A stretch of DNA of 63,683 bases, the filler included, from Pelomyxa schiedti (taxonomy: Eukaryota; Protista; Evosea): the NCBI GenBank assembly GCA_020536535.1. It is 14 parts of 14 records of this genome, joined end to end, with 100 filler letters (N's around TTAATTAATTAA, not from the genome) between each part and the next. Parts side by side here need not be neighbours in the genome. Positions count along the whole stretch, not along the records: positions 32,142 to 39,138 come from JAHLWZ010001383.1; positions 39,239 to 41,439 come from JAHLWZ010002079.1; positions 41,540 to 42,630 come from JAHLWZ010002849.1; positions 42,731 to 48,580 come from JAHLWZ010001466.1; positions 48,681 to 53,158 come from JAHLWZ010001591.1; 9 more parts are not named here. One strand, written 5' to 3'. Of this stretch, positions 39,011 to 52,020 are shown piece by piece. The notes under the pieces were generated by a model. The model was not told the origin of the DNA. It made no database searches and was given only the letters and a program-made list of their open reading frames with translations. A program made the translations under genes and the position numbers. The stretch's first letter is position 1; each line of letters opens with the position of its first letter.

Positions 39011-39665
39011 TGGGGGTGGAGGTATGGACTTTTTGGTCTGAGAAAAAGTTTTTAAGTTTTAAGCCAACTCAATATTTAACAGTGCTGACAAGGTTGTCAA
39101 AGCAACAATTTGTTGTAACAAACACTCCCAAGTGTTGTNNNNNNNNNNNNNNNNNNNNNNNNNNNNNNNNNNNNNNNNNNNNTTAATTAATTAANNNNNN
39201 NNNNNNNNNNNNNNNNNNNNNNNNNNNNNNNNNNNNNNCAACCATCATCATCGGCCGGTGCATCTAGTATGTCATTGGCTGTGAGGCTGGTGTGGGAGTG
39301 GGTGACGTGTGATGAGGCACCCCGTGAGGCTCTTTTGTGTCAACGTGGCATGTCAAGAGCGTTCATCGTTGCGTGATGCTAAGGAATTCATCACTTTTGG
39401 GGTTTCGATGATGACCCATGGAGGGTTCAGAACGAAAGTGTGGTGCTTGCTATCAACGGTGGGGCGGCGTTGAGGACACCAACTGGGAGTGTGTGATGCC
39501 AAGGTGACTTTTTCCTCGGTGAATCACAAGTGGCGGGTCAGTTATGGTTTTTAAAAAAATAACTTCGTGTCGTGTGTATATACATTTGATAATAACAAAC
39601 AAGTACACTTTTCGTCCCCGGGGAGCCTTAATGGCAACGGGGGATTATGCATGGGATGAATTCAA

Positions 39666-41072
39666 TCAACAACAGGAAAAAAACCTGTGGAATCTGACTT
39701 GGCAACCACCAACAACGGAGACAGAGAAGAGGATGGATGATGTTTCAGGATCAACAAGAGTGGCTGTGTTGCTGTTGTCGTTGAACAGGCAGATCACACC
39801 ACCACCTCCAAACAGGTTGCTTGGGTAAACATCGCCCAATGTGGTTGTGTTGACTGGGACTGATGTGTCATTGAACAGGCACATAACACCAGCACCTCCA
39901 ATACTGTTGCTCAGGTAAACATCGCCCAATGTGGTGATTATGTTGACAGGCACTGATGTGTCCACTCTGTTTCCGTCAAACACACTCAGTTTGTTTTTTG
40001 TTGTGTGAACACCAAAGAGGCAATTTCCAATGTCAAAAACAGCGGAATTGGTGAAATGAAAGGCACAGGGAATCTCAGAAACCACACTGCCAGATTTGAC
40101 ACTGAACAGGGAGACAGTGTACCGCTGCAGGTCGATTGGAATGAGGTAATCATCTAGCCCTGGGATTGGTACTTCTTGGGATGGATAGTTATGGGGCTGC
40201 AGCTGCGGAACTCGCCAGGATTTGATTACAACTGCCATCATTGGACCAAAGCAGGTTGGCGTGGTGCACGCATTCCAGCTTTCCTCCAAATCGGCCACCA
40301 CAAGTGCCCTCTCGCCAGAATTATACGAAAACACCAGCGCCACCACCTCGTTTCCATGAGCAACACCACCAACACCCGGCACAACATCAGTCATCAGCTT
40401 CATCCACCGGCACTGAACCTCCTGCCCAGCGTCCATCCCAGGAACCACCTGGGCAGAGAAGCACAGCCTCATGCCCAAGTCTACCTCGCGGCCGTCGAGC
40501 CTCCACACCACCAGGTCCCTTCTGCCCGCCCACCCGGCGCCCACGTCGCCGACCAGCCACCTCCCGTTCACGTGCACGAGCTGCCCCGCGGGCGTGCCGC
40601 CGTCCATCGCCCCGCGGTGCCTCACCTCGTGCCTCACCAGGCCCGTCGCGGCGTCCCGCACCTGCGCGAGCTGGCGCCGCTCGTACACCATGGCGGCCGG
40701 GGGCCCGGCGCACCAGCCCAGGAGGCGCCAGCCGTCGCTCGGGGCCGACACCACGCTGTGGGTGACGCCGAGGGTGTGGGAGACGCCCACCACCGCCGTT
40801 ATGTTGCGGCCGTAGTCTCCGCCGTCGCCGTCTCTGGACGTCGACGTGTCGGCGGTTGTGACGTGGCCAAAGTGGATGGCGACGCGGGCGGCGGGGGAAG
40901 CAGGGAGGACGTGGCGGGTGCAGACGAGGTGGAGCAGCGGGGGCGTGAGGAGCCTGGCCCAGCTGGCGGCCCCGCAGCGGCCCGAGAACGAGGCGGTGGC
41001 GAGGGCGACGCACTGCCCCTGGGCACTTGTCAGTATCGTTGTATGTACCGGCAACCTATTGTTGATGATCAT
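39666..41072 (-). CDS. 'AQGQCVAL..GRCG' family protein, 468 aa, with duplicated C-terminal segment
   Basis: Family N-terminal motif, GVSHTLGV and VNGRWLV; TSVPVN..TTLGDVY...CLFND occurs twice. Confidence 0.75.
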   Translation of the reverse strand: MIINNRLPVHTTILTSAQGQCVALATASFSGRCGAASWARLLTPPLLHLVCTRHVLPASPAARVAIHFGHVTTADTSTSRDGDGGDYGRNITAVVGVSHTLGVTHSVVSAPSDGWRLLGWCAGPPAAMVYERRQLAQVRDAATGLVRHEVRHRGAMDGGTPAGQLVHVNGRWLVGDVGAGWAGRRDLVVWRLDGREVDLGMRLCFSAQVVPGMDAGQEVQCRWMKLMTDVVPGVGGVAHGNEVVALVFSYNSGERALVVADLEESWNACTTPTCFGPMMAVVIKSWRVPQLQPHNYPSQEVPIPGLDDYLIPIDLQRYTVSLFSVKSGSVVSEIPCAFHFTNSAVFDIGNCLFGVHTTKNKLSVFDGNRVDTSVPVNIITTLGDVYLSNSIGGAGVMCLFNDTSVPVNTTTLGDVYPSNLFGGGGVICLFNDNSNTATLVDPETSSILFSVSVVGGCQVRFHRFFSCC

Positions 41073-41539
41073 CGATTGACTTTTGGAGGCCTGAGTCAGT
41101 TCTCGGAAAAAAAGAGTGCTGTTGATGATGCTGGTGTAGAGTTTACTGAGATACTGTTACTAAAAAAACTAAGAAAAGAACCTTCATCTCGCTGGCTGAG
41201 ATGCCACAACCGGAGTCCACTTTATGGTGTGCACACTCATCCTGAAACATCATCCATTCTCTTCTCTGTTTCTGGTGGTCACATCAAAAACAAGCTTTGT
41301 TTCTGAACTTGGTAAAACTTTAAGTGTATAAGCTGCTCGCACCAAGGCACATCAATGCCGAAAAAAACTGAAGCGAAGCGGTTTGGTGAGTTCAGTTGTA
41401 GGGGAAGTCCTCAGAGGAGAACCCACACTATCATTGGAGNNNNNNNNNNNNNNNNNNNNNNNNNNNNNNNNNNNNNNNNNNNNTTAATTAATTAANNNNN
41501 NNNNNNNNNNNNNNNNNNNNNNNNNNNNNNNNNNNNNNN

Positions 41540-42630
41540 GCCGCAGTCGTCGCCCCGGCCCGCTGGTTCGTCCTGGCCCCCGTTATTTACTCCGAGGAGC
41601 CGTCCTGGTGCGTGACCTTCGCCGTGTCGCCCACGACCCTCGGCGTGCTCCGCGGCCCACAGGCGGCTCCGTCCAACCCGCTGTCGATGTGGCTGGGGCC
41701 CAGGGCGTGCCTGGCGCTCGAGAGAGGGACCGGCTTCGATGTGAGTTCGATGGCGCTGGTGCCCGCACCCCGCCTGGCTGTCCCGGGAATGCCACAGAGA
41801 TCTGCTGTGCCGGACCCACAAGGGAATTGGGCGCGTTTCCCTCGGAGGGACGACAAGTTCGTGCCACCTGGACGTGGTGTGAGGTACACAATGTTGTTGG
41901 ATGCAAATTACAAGTGGGTGGTGGACTGCTTTGGAGACCTGGGGACTCTTTCAATCACGCAACTACATGCAGCAGGTGGGACCTCAGACGGCGGGGGAGT
42001 TGGTGGTGTGGTGGTGGTGGCTGGAACGACTGTTGCTGTTCAGTTGCCGACTTGGTTTCCAAAACCCTTTGGCAGGGCGGTGCTCAACAAGGTGAACCCG
42101 GATGAGGCATTGTTGCAGAGTCGCTCTGATGATGGAGACGGTACTGCCTGCTTCATCCTCGTGGATGTGCCACTTTCGCACAGCACCCAGATCCTCCAAG
42201 TTCTCAGTGTCACCAAGTCGAACTTTCCCGAGGGACTGAACTTTGTGTGTGCTCCACTGATTCTGAGGAAGAGCAGTGGTGATCCCGTGTTTGCCACTCA
42301 CAGCAAGAGGGATGAAATCAATCTCGTCGAAGCTTCCACGGGAGTGAAATCTCACATTTCCTCAGAATGCACATGGCCAAGCCTCTCACAAGTGAGTGCC
42401 TCTGTGTTCTGCACATGGCACTGCAGAACCAAGTCCTGCAACCTGTGGGACTGCAACAACAGTGCTCAACCTCTGTGGACCGTGAGAAGCACCTCCGAGG
42501 GGGTTTGTCTGAAGCACGTTGTTGGGGGCTCTGGGTTCTTGTTTGCAGTGAGTGACAAGGAGATACAGGTGATGGAGGCGCTCTCTGGTTCCGTTCTCAT
42601 GTCAATCGAACCCTCCTCATTTGGCAGTCC
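41540..42630 (+). CDS. Family member, partial at both ends
   Basis: VTFAVSPTTLGV, ANYKWVV, FILVDV, LWDCNN and GGSGFLF motifs. Confidence 0.7.
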
Positions 42631-42730
42631 NNNNNNNNNNNNNNNNNNNNNNNNNNNNNNNNNNNNNNNNNNNNTTAATTAATTAANNNNNNNNNNNNNN
42701 NNNNNNNNNNNNNNNNNNNNNNNNNNNNNN

Positions 42731-45041
42731 AAAGGGATGGAAGTAGTACTTTAAGATTATTATTTTGCAGTGCAAGTTGATGCATCCAGTCTGTGTGAGG
42801 TTGCCCGCAAATGGCCTCCACTAATTTTTCTTCAGTGGGGTAAAGCGTTGTTGGCATTGGCTTTTTTGGTGGTGGGTTTTTTATAGGTTTGATAATGGGG
42901 GGTTGGGTTGCCGATTCTCTTGGAGTTGTCATTGATGATGAAGTTGGTTGTCGGGGAGTTGGTTGAATGGTGCGCGGAGTGGTAGTCGGTGGAGTATTTT
43001 GCTGTTCTCTTGGTGTTACAGTTGAGTGGGTATGTGAGTTATGGCTGACTGGTTTATCCCTGAGAAACGTGAATTCCGAAGAAGATAGGGTGGAAAGTTA
43101 ACCGTGAGACTGAACTTGACTGTGAAGCACCTAGGAATAGAGATTATCGGAAGTAAACCTCTGGCTAGGGACATACCAGGTGCTCTTGTTGGTTTTTTAA
43201 CTGCTGTGCTGATTACTTGTGACCGGGGTGTTGGGCTAGCTGCAGATGTGGGAGTGGGGCTGAAAATAGGTGTAGGAGATGATGTTATAGATGTCATAGC
43301 TGGAGGTGTGGGTGCAACAGGGTTATTGAAAGGGACGGAATGCCTACGGTAACATTACACTTAACTTAAACAGTATACAATGGCGAATACTTTTCCCATT
43401 CTGAAGAAGTGGGCAGCATAACCAAGCCCTGATTATTATTACTGAACACTGAAGATTCAGTTTCCGCTATATCTTCTCGTTGATCGCTGTTCATATCTTC
43501 ATTTTGTTGCTGTTCAGGTGCGTCAAGAGCATTTTTCAGGCTTGAATGGAGTCTAAATTTCTTTGTAAAAATATAATTGGAAACAAGTTTCAATGAAGAA
43601 GGAGAGGAACGGAAAACAACCGTGGGCCTGCCACTTTCTCCAGGACTTCATTGGTATGTGACATATCTTCTGCAGCTGCCATGTCCATGTCACAAACCTT
43701 GTGAATAGGTGTTGACCACACCGTCACCATAGATCCATTCGCCGTACACGCAATGATGTGCTCTTTAACAATACACAAATCCAAGGGACTGCGATGTGGG
43801 TGTGAGTGAGTCCAATTTGCTTGAATAGTTGCCTTTATTTCCATTGGCTCCCATGAACACACCTTAGGGTAAAAAAATTGAGTAAGTGGGACTAATGAAA
43901 TAGTAACTACCCTCAAAGAGTCATTGAAAGCTACTACAGCGGAATGCCCATCAGGAGCAAATGTGAGTGCTTGGACACATGAAGGACCACTGGTAAACGA
44001 TATTTGTGTATACGTTTCCAAATCCCAAAATCGTGCAGATTTATCGGCTGCACCTGGGAGGGTTGAGCAAAAGTTTGAAGTGGTACGTCTTAGGACTCTT
44101 TACCAGTAGCAAGAAGTACTTCATGAGGGTGAAAGCACATGCACGTGATAGGGGCTGTGTGGTCCGAGAGTGTTTGAAAAAGGCGCCTTTGAGCAATGTC
44201 CCACAGTGCTACAACACCATCCGAACCCCCGGACACCAGGAACCTACAGGAATAAGAAAATTGGAATTGTAAGAAGGACAGACGTACACGCCATCTGGTG
44301 TAAATCGGCATACACCAATAGGGCCGGAATGAGCTTTGAAGGTTTCAATATTTTCGCTAGCTCTGATGTCCCACAATCTGATACATGAATCCTAGAAAAA
44401 AAAGTGTTCAAAAGGAAACACTAAACCGTTATTACGCACATCACCAGTTGTGGCACACATCCATTCATCCATTGGATTGATGTCAGTTGCGGTGCAGCGT
44501 GCCTTATGGGTGAGCACTCGGGAAATCTCTATTGCCAATTTATTATTACAATTTGTATACTGTGGAAAGAGGTTAGTGATACCCTGGGAGCTGATGTCCC
44601 ACAGCAGTACAGTGCCGTTGTTGAGGCCAGCCATCAATACCTCCTCTAGCGGGTCAAAGGAAACACATGTGACATTCCCAGTAGTGGGTTTATTCTTCCC
44701 CGAAAGTGACGTTCCCGGAGTAGACTGGTCCAGCCTCCATACCCCAATGCTGTCATTGCGATTGATTTAACCACAAGTTAAGGTAGATGATTGTTGACGG
44801 AATATATAAATATTGACACAGAGAGGAGACTACGGCGTACTCTGGTTTGGTGTCCACAGATGCAGTGGCGAAAACTTTGCAACTCCCTTTGCCTATGGCT
44901 AGACATTTAACTTCTTGCTCGTGTGCCTGAAATTCTCCTGTTTTCTTGTTTAGTTACCGAACTCGGTCGTCACAACAACAACAACAAGGTGGTGCCATGA
45001 AGCCAACGATGTTGCTCTCGCAACTCACCCGACTTCTTCAT
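42731..45041 (-). CDS. KATNB1: Katanin p80 WD40 subunit, multi-exon, 3' end truncated
   Basis: MKKS|xEFQAHEQEVKCLAIG start; WD40 repeats (LVSGGSDGVVALWDI, HTAPITCMCFHPHEVLLATG, VCSWEP); P/T-rich linker; start of a con80-like helical region. Confidence 0.85.
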
Positions 45042-45117
45042 CGGATCTTTTTTTTATTGAAGTAAGTTTTTGTTCGAAATCGCTGCTACCCAAGCTAAAA
45101 CAGGTAGGGTCAGGCTC

Positions 45118-47474
45118 CTAGCTTAGCAGTAACTCAGCAACCATTTGATCCTTCTCTCTGGGATTTCTGATATCGATTTGTGGGTCGGCAAGCCAATCAT
45201 AATAAATCATCCAGGGTGACAGCTTTCCCTTGCGGAGCTTCCTCATTGTCGTAGCCTGTTGGCCAGCTAAACGGTACAACCTTTCGTTCTCCTTGGGTGT
45301 ATTTATTGTGTTGCCATTTTCAATTGCAAGCACTTGACCTAGTAATACCTGTGCCGGTGGAAAACCCTGATTTGCACTCAACTGCAACCACCTGCGTCCT
45401 TCTGCTGGGTCTCTCTTGAAACCAGATGCCTCCAAGTTTTCCACAATGCTAATCAGATTGGGGAAATATTCAGTACAATGCAAGGTAAACATAAAACTCT
45501 GTCCATAAGCATCACCAGCCTCTGCACCCTTCTTAACCCAGTCCATACCTGCCACAGGTTCTCTCTTGATTTGCTCCTCATTACCTATGAGGAGAAGCAT
45601 CCCAAGAATTGATTGTATTACTGGAATTCCATACTGTGCTGCTGGTTCTAGCCACTCAAGTGCACACTTATCCCCTTTGCTTCCTGAAATCCCACAAAGC
45701 ACATGTATCAGTTCACTTCCATTGTGTTGTGGCTGCTCAACCAGGTTCCCACAAGTATCATAGAATAAACAGCGGGTCTCAGCCTGGGACAGTTCCTTTT
45801 GTTGCTCTGGTGAATCAAAACGTAGGTAGTGGGCAAGTGCCACAAACAAATCATCATCAGTTGCCAGCATTCTTCCACAGTAGGTGCTATCCCGTGATAA
45901 AATGTGTTCAGTAATGTGGGTCATAAACTGTGAGCTCTCCAGTGAGGATTCCTTCAGCTTCTCCTCAAAATAGACAGTAGGATACACATCAAATGGCTCC
46001 ATGTTGCTGAATAACTTTGGCTTCACAGTAAAAATGATTTTCAGAAGAGTGGCACCAAGTTTCTCCAACTTATTTTCAGTGGTAGTGCTTTCTTCATGCT
46101 TTGGGGTTGGTTTGTGAGAACAAATTGCAAACGGTCTCCCATTTGGTGGGGAAACAATGGCCATGCAAACTTTAAAGGCTTGTTCCAAGTTGCCTTGTGC
46201 AAGGTATTTGATGGCACTGAGACCAATCTCATCTTCCCCCGCTTATGGCAGTGTTAGTCAAGTTGACAAAGTTTGGGCTCTTACATTTGGAAATGCCAAA
46301 GTTATCAATGAGATTGAGCATGGGGGCCACACAGCCTTGATCAAGGTGAAGTTGAGAGTCAATAAGAGTCCGCCAGGGGAACAAGAGCTTGTCATAAATT
46401 TGCTGGGCAAAGCTGTAAGCCTGTGGGGTGTGGGAACAAACCATTTTAATTGATTTTTTCCAATTGCAAAGAATTGGCTGGCTAGTCAAAGCAACAAGGG
46501 ATAAGTCAGCACTGACAGTCTTGTCAGTTGTGTCTGTCAGTTTGAACTCAAGGTCTGTGAGTTGTGAAACAGCAAATCGGGTGATTTTAAGTTGCTTCTG
46601 GAGTGACTGTTTCTTTTTTTCAAAAGTTTTGGCTGTTGTGGCCAGCAGAGTTGCCTTCTTCCTTAACAGTTTCTTCATAAGTTTCTCAAATGTATTCTCA
46701 ATTTCTGCTTCAGCTGTCTTTTGATTCTGATGGTTGTTGGTTGTGAAATTCAAAAAAAAAAAAGTGTGCATACACTTGTAATTGCTTCAATGATTTCCTC
46801 GATGCATAGGGCTGACTGTTTCATAAGATCTTTCTCTTTTTGGATGCTCCGACGCAGAGCCGGGACTTTTTTTACAGCAATTTCGGCCTGTTGTTCAATT
46901 CCAATCAACTTATGGTACTGATGGAGTTCGCACTGTTGGCACACCAATACTTTATCATCTTTACAGTAGAGATTCAGTTCTTGTCCAGGGTGCACTATGC
47001 ACCTCCCTGATGTGGTGTTGGGTACTTATTTTTTATTTATTTTTGGCAACCTGAAACAGAGCCCACTGTTGATACATCCCTGCATATGGCATCAACAACA
47101 TCCATCACTGCAATAGCATCAGTAGTCACATGGTGACAGAACCCACACTCGATGTCAATTGGTGGTTCTTGGTTTCCCTCTGGTGTCAGCGATTGTTTCC
47201 CTTTGCAGTGTTGAGATAAGAATGACTGAGTGCAAAGTGACACCGCGCAGCCTTCACACACTTTGTGCCCACATTCCTTGCATGATTTAATTGAAGTCAA
47301 CTGCTTCAAAAAAAAAAGGTCACCAACCATTTGTAGCTCTGTGGAGGCTTGTTTCGTGTCTGAAAATGGACACCTACACACCCAGCACCCACTCACCTTC
47401 CAATTGAACAATATGTGTTGTATATATTTGTTTAACCCTTCGGAAAGGCGGGCATTCGCTTCGGCGTTCCCCAT
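45118..47474 (-). CDS. TRIM-like RING/B-box/coiled-coil protein with C-terminal Sel1-like repeats
   Basis: CKECGHKVCEGC...CGFC; B-box HPGQELNLYCKDDKVLVCQQCELHQYH; coiled coil; SLR-like WVKKGAEAGDAYGQ and WLQLSANQGFPPAQ. The junction near 46200 is unresolved. Confidence 0.62.
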
Positions 47475-48125
47475 GGGGAACAACAACCAAAAAATTTTTA
47501 AATCACTTCAATTATCTGAAAACAGGAGGCTGATTGATGGTGATGTCGCCACCACCAGGGACAAAAAGAAATATTTAAAATTAACGAAACAATTCAAGAA
47601 ATAAATAAAATAATAAATAATTTTTAATTTTACACATTTCTTTTTTCCATTCCTATACCCGCATTATGTACTAGGTCTGAATTTCTGTATTTCTGGCAGT
47701 TTGCCGCTGGTATGTGGCCTCTTCTTTGCTTTCTCTCATAGTAGATAATTTAGGTGCCGGACCTGGTGGCTGTAATGGCTCTGCATTTTCGGAGGGAATT
47801 TACCAGAAATACAGCAAAAGGGCTATTGTGTAAAAAAGCAAACGTCGCAGGCTCTCGTACAGGTTGAATGGCAAAAAATTGGAGGTGAGTATTATTATTA
47901 TTAGCCTCCTTTAAAAAACAAAAAAGGGTGCATAAAACAAATTGTTTATTACTTAACAAAAACAAGTACCATGCGTTCAGTAACTAACTTAAACAAAAGA
48001 ATTTCTTAAAATAATAGTAAATACTGAACGGCCAAAAACGTTAACGTGGTTGTCCGCAAAAAAAACCCAAACAAAAAACGAAAAAACGAAGAACAAGGAG
48101 ACACTTATTAGCTGGAGGGATGCTC

Positions 48126-48580
48126 TCAGAGTTTGTTGGGGATTGACTGTCGAGTGAGGACTGAAATGGCTTCTGTGGCTGAGTGCCTGGCAGCCTTGTC
48201 AGGGTTCATCATCCCGATCATCACCGACTCTAACAGAGCGGTATTATTGACAACAGTGTTGTTGGTCGGATTATCCGCTCTAGATGTTGCTGCTGAAACT
48301 GTTGTTGTTTGCGTTGGCAAAATTGGTGTTGGTGGGGCTGTTTGGGGGGTTGATGACGAAAACAGTGAGAAAGTGAAGGCACGTGCAAGGAATGACCTGG
48401 CCTGTGGCACAACTGCTGCCACTGCTTGTACTTGTGGTTGTACTTGTGTGGGCTTCACAGATGAGAACCAAGGAACAGGAAAGTCACTGAGGAGTTTGTG
48501 GGTGCTGAATGTGCTCATGTCACCATTCATTGAGCTCCCAATGAATTTGTTGGATTGTGGCAGAAGAGCATTCCAGAAAG
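48126..48580 (-). CDS. 3' end of a probable protein kinase (partial)
   Basis: LLESVMIGMMNPDKAARHSATEAI resembles kinase subdomain XI. Confidence 0.4.
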
Positions 48581-50412
48581 NNNNNNNNNNNNNNNNNNNN
48601 NNNNNNNNNNNNNNNNNNNNNNNNTTAATTAATTAANNNNNNNNNNNNNNNNNNNNNNNNNNNNNNNNNNNNNNNNNNNNTATTTGGGGAGAATGTGGGT
48701 TTCTCTTTTGCCACAACAGTGACACACTGGACACACTGGAGCAGGAACACTCACAACAACATGCCTCACAGCACTCACAGACATTAGAGGTGAAACAAAC
48801 ATCACCGTCACCCAATACAGCAACCTCCACCCTTCTCATTGAATTCCTAACACCTCTCTCACACATCGAAAGCCACATCTCTTCCCTACTGTGAAGATTG
48901 TCCCTAGGTAGTGAAGATATCAACCCTCAGGTTTATTTCCTCGTTCTTTTATGTGTATGTCCTGTATCCTCCAGAACTCACCACGAAACAAAAGAAATTT
49001 TTCTTTGTATGTCAGAGACCATTTCACTCCATCCTCAGCGGCCTCATCACCTCAATCATTTCCTCCTGGAGCATATCGATCACCATTTGACCCTTAATCA
49101 CTGTAAACACTCAGCTTCGTCTTAGAACGAACACCAGAATTGTGCCCAGTTGCAGGCTCCGAAACGACTGCACTTCCGAGAAAACGATTTTGTGTTGGCC
49201 ACTATCTATTCAATCATCTATCATGTGTGTGATGTGTGATCGGAAATCAGGCGGCACCATGGTAAGTTGTTGTGTTTGATCCCAAACAATTTTGTTTTGG
49301 TTTGTGTCTCCTTCACACACTGTATCGCGGATTTCCGATCGAGTGATTGTTGTTGAATCAATAAATAATTTTTCACCCCAGTGATGCCAGTGACTGCTTT
49401 CATTGAAACCTCAGTGAAGGTTTGTGCGGTGCCGGCATCATGAGTATTCCCTGCTATGTTGGTGAACACACGGTATGAAGTTGATAGTTATGATGTATTA
49501 AGTTTAATAGAATTACACAGACCTGGTGTCAAAGAAGCTGATGGATAGACCCCTCAATGTATCTGTGTTCTACGGTATAATTACATCCAAATATTCAATT
49601 ATATCTCTGATCGACCGCGGAGGGACGGGTGACCTCACGATTTAAAGCCAAAGTGACTTCTACTACCGAGACACCACTTTCCTACAGATTCCCAAGGTAG
49701 AGCTACTTGTTTTTCTCCATAAACATTGATGGGTCTGGTAGAGGCTCGGGCACTACTTCGTTCATCAGACATAAGAAAGTATGCACACGCCAAAAATCCC
49801 GCGGTCCCGAGATAAAAGGTTATTATTCTCCACACCACAACCACCATCAAGCAATTCCACGAATTCTGGAGCCTCCTCTCCTCCTCTCACCACTTACCAC
49901 CAAACTCCAAAAACAACAACAGCAAACAACACAAGCCACAAAGCACATGCCAACACAATCACCATGGTCACTGCGAAGTTTCGAAGGCTTTTTTGTGCAA
50001 TTGCCGGGAAAACAAAAAATTAATTACTCCGTGACTCAGAACCAATTTCCCCGGACTTAAATACTGCGGAGAACACAAAAACAAACCAAATAAAAAAACC
50101 AAAGGCAAGATCTGCACATTACTGGTATGCTTGGCGTCACCTTACTTTTTTTCTTTGCCGACGCCTTTGTAGTTTGTGTTTTTTGCTTTTCGACCCAACG
50201 TGGACCGGGAGTTAAGGAGCTCGTTGTAAATGAAGGTGATACACTCTCTCAGTTCGACTGTCCGCTGTTGTGGCGCATTCTGGTATGCATTTTCTTGCTT
50301 TGTTTCCTTCACTTAGTTTTACTTGCGCAACAACCTACAGATCTCACATCCGTTTGATTTGATTTGATCGGTGGGCGCGTTGTCTCGGAGCGTGCGTCTG
50401 CAAACAAGAACC

Positions 50413-50591
50413 GCCAATCCCCGTGGGAGTCTTGCCATGGGTTGGAGCCTTCCGGTTGGCGCGTCTGGACGGCGCGTTTAAGCCCGGGGGACCTCATCTT
50501 GTGACAGACCCTTGCGAGGGGACGTGTCGACGGGAGGCCTTGTCACGGGGGAAAGCTCCGCGATGGGACCTCTGCCGACGCCTCTCTGGCC
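50413..50591 (+). ncRNA. Unidentified structured RNA element, copy 1 (179 nt)
   Basis: Identical to copy 2; extensive stems with G-U pairs on the + strand; GCGA tetraloop; no conserved long ORF. Confidence 0.65.
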
Positions 50592-51339
50592 CTACCTCGT
50601 GTCTGTCGTCATCATGTACTGTCTGCTGCTGCTGATGCATGCTGCTTTTATTATGATGATGATCATCGTCAACAGACAACATCCCCGAGATTGGGTTGAA
50701 GGGGTTTCCCTTGCTTGAGTTCACAACTCAAAGCTAACGTTCCGCGATGCGGAAGGCCCAATCTTCTCTGGAAGACATCAATATTTCTTGGCTGGAAAGC
50801 AAACACCAATTTTGTATGCACCATCTTGCCTGCTCCCTCTAACTGGTTAACAGAAATAAAGCACACACACTCTGCACACTGGCGGCGGTGTTCAAGGAAC
50901 TCCTTGAGTTGAGGGCTTCAACATCACTTTTGACTGTGCCCAGATATGAAGAAGAAGAAGGCTTCTTTCTTTGCCGTTGTCAGGTAAACATGATTCCTTC
51001 TTGTCCCTCCCCACTTTGACCAATTCCGCAGCAAAACAGAGGAATTGTGTTGTTTTATTATCCGGCCGGATAATATATTCTTGTATGCAGTGGATTGAAT
51101 ATATTCTTGTATTCAGTGTGGCTTACAGCAAGTGCGAATCCTTGGTTTTTTCTGCAAGAACGCCGCAACCTCTGTAAGTCCTCCCCAAAATTCACAAAAT
51201 ACTAACCGTTGTCACAGTGAGAAAACTGTCAATGACTGCTCTGCACACTGCACTCTCCATCCTGGCAGGCGAACCTCAGTCTTCTTACCGAATACCGTCA
51301 TCAGAGCGTGCGTCATTTGTTGCAGAACAACAAGCACCG

Positions 51340-51518
51340 GCCAATCCCCGTGGGAGTCTTGCCATGGGTTGGAGCCTTCCGGTTGGCGCGTCTGGACGGC
51401 GCGTTTAAGCCCGGGGGACCTCATCTTGTGACAGACCCTTGCGAGGGGACGTGTCGACGGGAGGCCTTGTCACGGGGGAAAGCTCCGCGATGGGACCTCT
51501 GCCGACGCCTCTCTGGCC
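51340..51518 (+). ncRNA. Unidentified structured RNA element, copy 2 (179 nt)
   Basis: Identical to copy 1 while the flanks are diverged. Confidence 0.65.
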
Positions 51519-52020
51519 TCTCTTCGACTTCTCATCATCGGGCTGCTGATGCACTAATGCTGATGCTTATTGAGTTGGCAACTGCAATCCAGCTGCTGTT
51601 GTGGCCGCATTATATTATATTACCATCCTCGTCACCAGACAACTCCATTGCACATCCTATACTTCCCTTACTACTTCTACTTCTTGGAAGTTGGTGTTTC
51701 TGTCTTGGAGGCAGGTTTGAGACACCCTTTTCCCTTTTCCCTGCTCTCTAACTGGTTGACACAGAAATTTCACACTCACACACTGGTTTGCCGGAGAACG
51801 GATAATGTTCTTCTTGCATGCGGGACTGAATATATACACTCCTGCATACTGTAGTTTTCTGCATGACCGTGACAACCCCTGTAAGTGCTCTCCAAAATAC
51901 AATCCAATAAAATACTAACCATTGTCACAGTGAGAAAAACTATGACGGTGCACTCTCTCCTCTCCATCAATCAGTCAGGCGAACATCATTCTTTCGGCTT
52001 CTGAAGAGCACAGCCGCGCG

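Noticed and set aside
40176-41306. Long + strand ORF (376 aa) and other GC-rich shadow ORFs
   Set aside because: Antisense shadows of the real - strand gene in GC-rich, stop-poor sequence
50413-50591. Assignment of the 179-nt element to twister, pistol, HDV-like, 5S rRNA, RNase P/MRP or SRP
   Set aside because: Only short motif resemblances (CCGG..AAGCCCGG, GCGAUGGGAC, GGAAAGCUCC, UAAGC); required core elements or their order are missing
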